DNA of 64,000 nucleotides, taken from assembly GCA_965248265.1 (NCBI GenBank), contig CBDFJF010000001.1:2912001-2976000 (forward strand), written 5' to 3'. Position numbers and translations under genes: made by a program. The stretch's first letter is position 1, and each line of letters opens with the position of its first letter. Shown here one piece after another: positions 58,941-64,000 of the stretch. Source of the DNA: Candidatus Latescibacterota bacterium (lineage in GTDB: Bacteria; Latescibacterota; UBA2968; UBA8231). The notes under the pieces were generated by a model. It was not told the DNA's origin. It made no database searches and saw only the letters and a program-made list of their open reading frames with translations.

Positions 58941-60818
58941 ATGAAAGTAGAATCGTACTATCGACGTATTCGCCTTGAATTGCCGTTGGCGCTCTTGATG
59001 GTGCTGGCCGTACAACCTGTTGCTGCGGGTACGATCGATCCATATGAGGAATTGAACAACAGTTGGGATCGTTTCGGATCGGTGTACGAAAGAGTGGTCG
59101 AGCACTACTATTCCGATATCGATCACAAGGCTGTCATGGAGGCGGCAATCGAGGGCTTGTTGCGAAAGCTGGATGCCTACACTCAGTACTTTGATGAAGA
59201 AGGTTTGCGTCAACTTCGTCAGGACACGACCGGTAAGTTCGCCGGTCTGGGCATTACTGTAGGTATCAAGGATCAGTATCCAGTAGTCATCGCTCCCATC
59301 GAAGGCACGCCCGCTTCCAGAGCCGGCATGGAGCCAGGGGATCTCATTACTGCCGTCGATGGCCTCGAAACCTTCGGCATGTCGCTGGAGGAGGTCGTCA
59401 GCACCTTGAGGGGCGATCCAGGTAGCGAGGTGCGCCTGACCCTTAACCGGCGCGGTGAGCCGGCAAACTGGGACGTTGATGTCGTCCGCGAGATCATCAA
59501 GATCAAGAGTGTCGCCGTAGCCGATATGATCGCACCAGGCGTGGGCTACATCAGTCTGAAGCAGACGCGCTTCTCTGAAGACACAGCCCACGAGGTGGAG
59601 GCATCCTTGGAGAGGCTCGCACAGCAAGGCCTCGAATCCCTGGTGCTGGATTTACGTGGGAACCCCGGTGGGCTGCTTGCCCAGGCTACCCAGGTGGCTG
59701 ATCTCTTTTTACCCAAGAGCGATCCGATCGTCACCATACGGGAGCGCCGCGGTCGACAATCGGAAACCAAGCTTTCCCAACGGGACCCCGCCGTTGATAT
59801 CCCACTGGTCGTCCTCATAGATGGCGGCAGCGCCAGCGCGGCTGAGATCGTTGCCGGCGCCATCCAGGACAACGACAGGGGGCTCGTGCTCGGGACACCC
59901 TCTTTTGGTAAAGGTTCGGTGCAGACGATCTTCGACCTGGGTGATGCGGAGCGCGGCGCCCTCAAACTCACCACAGCTCTCTATTACACGCCGAGCGGCA
60001 GAAACATTCACAAGGAGTTGGTGGCGTCGCCGTCGGTCCTCTATGAAGTCGTGCCATTGGCAGGTGTGGAGTTGCCGGCGGGTTTGTTGTTGGCCTCCAT
60101 CCTCGGTGCCAGGGATGCCGGCCATGCCGTATCCGAGCTGGCGGCCAGATTCGAGTTGGAACCGGCAGTCGCCGAGCAGATTCTACAGGTTCCGTTGGGA
60201 ATGCTCGTAGGCCACGATCCAGACCCGTCAGAGTCTGGGTCCGGTGAGTCGATTGAGTCCTTCAGGACGCGCAATGGTCGGCGGGTTTTCGGCAATGGTG
60301 GTATAACCCCGGATGTTACGGTGGAGTCGGAGAAAATGCCCTACCCAATCCAGAGCCTGCATCGGAAGCGGGCTTTCTTCGATTTCGTGGTGGAGTATGT
60401 TGGCGATGACAGTCTGAGTTCTGAATCTTCAGAGCCATTCATCGACGACCGCATGCTCTCCGCTTTTGACGCGTTTTTGGTCCGCATCGAGCCGGCATCA
60501 AGCCCCGGAACCATTCCTGAGCTGAGCGCTCTTCGCGACCTCAAGGCAGTCAAGGGCTGGGGTCCTGAGGTCACCACCTTGATCGACAGCTTGGAGCGGG
60601 TAATCGCGTCACAGGCTACTCAATCAAAAAAGAGTGATGATCTCGAGAAGTTCATACGAAGGGGACTGCGCAAGGAACTCGCCCTGCGGCTAAACGGCAA
60701 ACGCGCGAGTTTGCTCATCGGACTGGAATCCGATGTTCAGATCCGGGAAGCAATGGATCTGGTAAGCGATCGAGACCGTTATACATCTCTGCTGAAAACC
60801 GTTGACGTTGCTCGATGA
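58941..60818 (+). CDS. Carboxy-terminal processing protease (S41A) with PDZ domain
   Basis: GLGI PDZ, LDLRGNPGG, SASAAEI, FGKGSVQ, YYTPSGR, GITPD. Confidence 0.93.
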   Translation: MKVESYYRRIRLELPLALLMVLAVQPVAAGTIDPYEELNNSWDRFGSVYERVVEHYYSDIDHKAVMEAAIEGLLRKLDAYTQYFDEEGLRQLRQDTTGKFAGLGITVGIKDQYPVVIAPIEGTPASRAGMEPGDLITAVDGLETFGMSLEEVVSTLRGDPGSEVRLTLNRRGEPANWDVDVVREIIKIKSVAVADMIAPGVGYISLKQTRFSEDTAHEVEASLERLAQQGLESLVLDLRGNPGGLLAQATQVADLFLPKSDPIVTIRERRGRQSETKLSQRDPAVDIPLVVLIDGGSASAAEIVAGAIQDNDRGLVLGTPSFGKGSVQTIFDLGDAERGALKLTTALYYTPSGRNIHKELVASPSVLYEVVPLAGVELPAGLLLASILGARDAGHAVSELAARFELEPAVAEQILQVPLGMLVGHDPDPSESGSGESIESFRTRNGRRVFGNGGITPDVTVESEKMPYPIQSLHRKRAFFDFVVEYVGDDSLSSESSEPFIDDRMLSAFDAFLVRIEPASSPGTIPELSALRDLKAVKGWGPEVTTLIDSLERVIASQATQSKKSDDLEKFIRRGLRKELALRLNGKRASLLIGLESDVQIREAMDLVSDRDRYTSLLKTVDVAR

Positions 60819-61278
60819 CGCCGGTCTGCATATCATAGGGGTAGTATCTGGATTCAAACATTATATCACATTCTTATTATCACAATAGTTTAGGAGAGAT
60901 TCTACCGGGGACTGGGTCCCTGGGAGAGAAGAGACTCACAACAACACGTAGTTGACCGTCTGCCGTTCACGCAGAAGCGCACACAGCGTCGAAGTGATCC
61001 CGGTGTTCATGAAAAGTGGCGTTGGTTTCGACGCCTGGATAGGGAAACGATTCGAGCAGCACATCCACGAGCATGCATGTGAGTGCCCATCGTCGACGAG
61101 TAAGAGGGAAGTATTCGTTGACGGCACTCGCTGATGTGGATCGGTACCACCGGCGCTAGCTGAGACCGCATTCGCAGGCCAGCACTCTCTCTCCCAACAA
61201 ATCCGCATATCCTCTGGCACACACCCCTTCACAGCGCGGTCCGTGCCCCCGGAATGAATCTCCAGATGAGGGATTACC

Positions 61279-62808
61279 ATGGAAACGGAGATTCTAATTA
61301 ATCGCGCGATTCACGAGTCGCGTATAGCCATAGTCGAGAACGGACATCTCGCTGAAATTTGGGTGGAACGTCCGGACTCGGAACGCATAGTCGGCGACGT
61401 CTACAAGGGTACGGTCAGCGCCGTCCTGCCCAGTCTTCAAGCCGCTTTCATTGAAATCGGCCTGGAACGCACAGCCTTTCTGCAGGTCAGAGACATGGTC
61501 GAGGCAGACAGAAGCGATATCGAGGATGGGGGGTCGTCGCGCAACGGCGGCAGGCGCTCGCGCAATTTACCGCCGATACAGAATCTGCTCACGAAGGGAC
61601 AAACCCTGCTGGTACAGATCGCCAAAGAGCCCATCGGCACCAAGGGTGCCCGCGTCACGACGCAGTTGTCATTGGCCGGGCGCTTCGTCGTGCTGATGCG
61701 ATCGGGAGACTGGGTCGGCGTGTCACGAAAGATCACAAGCTGGAACGAACGCCGTCGTCTGCGTGACCTCGTGCGCTCATTGCGGCCAGCAAAGTCATCC
61801 GTCATCGTCCGCACCGAGGGACGCGACATGTCGGACAAGGACTGCAAGCGGGATCTCAAGCAGCTGGTGAAATCGTATGACCGATTGGAGCGGCGCAGCA
61901 AGAAAGCCGATGCACCGGCACTCGTGCACAAAGAAATGGGTATGACATCGAGTGTCATTCGCGATCTGTTCACGGAAAACGTCAGTCGTGTCGTCGTCGA
62001 CTCAAAGGAGTTGTACGCGGACATCGTCGATTATCTCAAAGGCGTGTCCCCTGCGCTGACAAAACGAGTCGAATTGTTTCGCGAGAAGAAACCGATTTTT
62101 GACGCATTTGGTGTCGAGCGGGAGCTGGAAAAGGCCAATGACCGTGAGGTCTGGATGCGCCGCGGGGGAGCGATCGTCATCGATCACGCCGAAGCCGGCA
62201 CCTTCATCGACGTAAACTCAGCGCGCTCAGTCGGTTCGAGAGATCAAGAAGAGAGCAACCTGCGCACTAACCTGGAGGCCGCCAGGGAGATCGCACGCCA
62301 ACTGCGTCTGCGAGACATAGGCGGGATCATCGTCATCGATTTCATCGACATGTACGACGACCGCAACCGCAAAAAAGTGGTCGAGGAACTGATCGATGAA
62401 ACCAAGAGAGATCGGGCCAAGGTTTCCATCAGCCCGCAGATCAGCGAATTCGGGTTGGTCGAGATGACCCGCCAGCGCGTGCGTCCCAACCTTCTGCACA
62501 CGCACTCCGATCCATGCCCGACCTGTGCAGGCTCAGGCAGAGTCATGGGCGCCGATACAACGATGACGAAGATCGAACGATGGTTGATGCGATCACGAGC
62601 CTCCAACGGAGACAGGCGCTACACCCTGAGGGTGCATCCGGACGTGGCCGCCTACATCTCTGAGGACAAGGATTCGCGCCTCAAATCAATTCGCCGGGCG
62701 ACCAAAGCTCGGTTGGATGTAGAAGAGGACGGCTCACTGTCTCCCCAGGATTTCCGCTTTATTTCGCGCAAACGCCGACTCGACGTTACCGCCGAATTTA
62801 GGGCTTAG
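61279..62808 (+). CDS. Ribonuclease E/G family (RNase G-length)
   Basis: GDVYKG S1 domain, KEPIGTKG, IDVNS, GGIIVIDFIDM, CPTCAGSG. Confidence 0.95.
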   Translation: METEILINRAIHESRIAIVENGHLAEIWVERPDSERIVGDVYKGTVSAVLPSLQAAFIEIGLERTAFLQVRDMVEADRSDIEDGGSSRNGGRRSRNLPPIQNLLTKGQTLLVQIAKEPIGTKGARVTTQLSLAGRFVVLMRSGDWVGVSRKITSWNERRRLRDLVRSLRPAKSSVIVRTEGRDMSDKDCKRDLKQLVKSYDRLERRSKKADAPALVHKEMGMTSSVIRDLFTENVSRVVVDSKELYADIVDYLKGVSPALTKRVELFREKKPIFDAFGVERELEKANDREVWMRRGGAIVIDHAEAGTFIDVNSARSVGSRDQEESNLRTNLEAAREIARQLRLRDIGGIIVIDFIDMYDDRNRKKVVEELIDETKRDRAKVSISPQISEFGLVEMTRQRVRPNLLHTHSDPCPTCAGSGRVMGADTTMTKIERWLMRSRASNGDRRYTLRVHPDVAAYISEDKDSRLKSIRRATKARLDVEEDGSLSPQDFRFISRKRRLDVTAEFRA

Positions 62809-62837
62809 ATAAGGGAGCTTCCTGCGGAAGCTCATCG

Positions 62838-62866
62838 TTGACAGATTCGGCGTCCCGGCGTAAACT
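62838..62866 (+). promoter_or_regulatory. Putative sigma70 promoter for rplU-rpmA
   Basis: TTGACA-N17-TAAACT. Confidence 0.75.
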
Positions 62867-62931
62867 TTATAGTTCTCGTCCGCAATCTTATTTGCCATAA
62901 TCTTATTTGGCACATTGGTAAGGTGGGTTAC

Positions 62932-63249
62932 ATGTTCGCTGTCGTCGAAATCGCCGGAAAACAGCTTCGCGTCGACAAAGGAGCCATGGTCAAGGTGCCG
63001 CTCCTGGATGCCGAAGAAGGCAGCAAACACAGCTTCGGTGATGTCTTGCTGGTCTCGGCGGATGGCAACACCCAGGTTGGCCAGCCTCACGTTGATGGGG
63101 CGTCAGTCGAGGCCACCGTGCTCGGGCATGGCAAGGACAAGAAGGTGGTCGTCTTCAAGATGAAACGGCGCAAGAATTATCGTCGCCGCAACGGTCACCG
63201 CCAACAGTTCACCGAACTCCAGATCGACGACATCGCAGTTTCCAGCTAG
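62932..63249 (+). CDS. rplU: 50S ribosomal protein L21
   Basis: [25 protein letters not shown]. Confidence 0.97.
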   Translation: MFAVVEIAGKQLRVDKGAMVKVPLLDAEEGSKHSFGDVLLVSADGNTQVGQPHVDGASVEATVLGHGKDKKVVVFKMKRRKNYRRRNGHRQQFTELQIDDIAVSS

Positions 63250-63260
63250 GGGAATTCGAG

Positions 63261-63518
63261 ATGGCCCACAAAAAAGGTGTCGGTAGTTCCCGAAACGGGC
63301 GCGACAGCAACGCACAGCGGCTGGGCGTGAAGCGTTTTGGTGGAGAAAAGGTCAGTGCGGGCACCATTCTCGTACGACAGCGCGGCACCCGCATTCATCC
63401 GGGAATTAACGTTGGTAAAGGTGGCGATGACACCCTGTTTGCCACGGCGGATGGCGAGGTTCGTTACGAGCGGGCGGGACGTAATCGCAAGCGCGTAACC
63501 ATCGTCGCCGCTGACTGA
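63261..63518 (+). CDS. rpmA: 50S ribosomal protein L27
   Basis: [16 protein letters not shown]. Confidence 0.98.
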   Translation: MAHKKGVGSSRNGRDSNAQRLGVKRFGGEKVSAGTILVRQRGTRIHPGINVGKGGDDTLFATADGEVRYERAGRNRKRVTIVAAD

Positions 63519-63576
63519 TCGCATTCGGAGTTATCTGAAAAACCACCACCCGTCCAAGGGCGGGTGATACAGATCG

Positions 63577-63612
63577 ACCGGTTGGAAGCCAACGCGCCAA
63601 CCGGTTTTTTTT
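63577..63612 (+). terminator. Rho-independent terminator after rpmA
   Basis: ACCGGTTGG/CCAACCGGT stem followed by a T-run. Confidence 0.75.
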
Positions 63613-63783
63613 GTTCTCCCGACGGCCCCAACAGCCCATCGCTTGTTTCGCAAGCCACTGACTGCTTGGCAGGCCATCGCCTGCCTGGTTGGCCATTGAC
63701 TGTGAGCAAGGCCATTCCTATTATGGCTGCTCTTTGGCAGCATCTGAAGCGACGAACAACTCGGGAACTGATTCCAAGCGACA

Positions 63784-64000
63784 ATGAACATACCCTCCCA
63801 TGATGTGCTCATCGTCGGCGGTGGTGGAGCCGGCCTGCGGGCAGCCGTCGCTGCTGCTGAGACGGATTCGAGTCTCGATGTGGGCGTGCTTTCCAAGGTG
63901 TACCCGATGCGTAGCCACACGGTTTCAGCTGAAGGTGGCCTGGCTGCGGTCATGCGGGATGACGACAACTTCGATTCGCATGCCTTCGACACGATCAAGG
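63784..64000 (+). CDS. Succinate dehydrogenase/fumarate reductase flavoprotein, partial (runs off window)
   Basis: [21 protein letters not shown]...[16 protein letters not shown] (FAD-binding His motif). Confidence 0.92.
   Translation, partial: MNIPSHDVLIVGGGGAGLRAAVAAAETDSSLDVGVLSKVYPMRSHTVSAEGGLAAVMRDDDNFDSHAFDTIK

Noticed and set aside
62884-62909. AATCTTATTTG direct repeat in the rplU leader
   Set aside because: Only two short copies; could be regulatory but cannot be supported without comparison.

Overview
GC-rich bacterial chromosome segment spanning the replication origin. Right half: tRNAs-gyrA-gyrB-dciA-recF-dnaN-[oriC]-dnaA on the minus strand, diverging from rpmH-rnpA-yidD-yidC-mnmE-[2 parS]-rsmG-pgsA-like-tmk-ctpA-rne/rng-rplU-rpmA-sdhA' on the plus strand. 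Left half is accessory: two paralogous ~670-aa polytopic membrane proteins, glycan/sulfate catabolic genes and transporters, and a DNA-processing operon. That operon encodes a helicase-like protein with degenerate Walker B, an intact UvrD helicase, a free-standing Fe-S PD-(D/E)XK nuclease and RecJ, i.e. a candidate split AdnAB/AddAB-like resection machine. About 17 kb away, a ~370-bp scar looks like a collapsed addB-addA operon. Inside the operon lies a toxin-antitoxin array in which three toxins are reduced to stubs while their antitoxins are intact. Next to it is an integrase-less attC cassette array whose TIR cassette is cut by an IS3 element. Other oddities: a Fic protein with His->Tyr in its catalytic motif, a DapA-like probable pseudoenzyme coupled to aspartokinase, a GyrA-like helical insert in CtpA, and two DnaA-box clusters outside oriC. 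All assignments were made by eye from motifs; no database searches were run.
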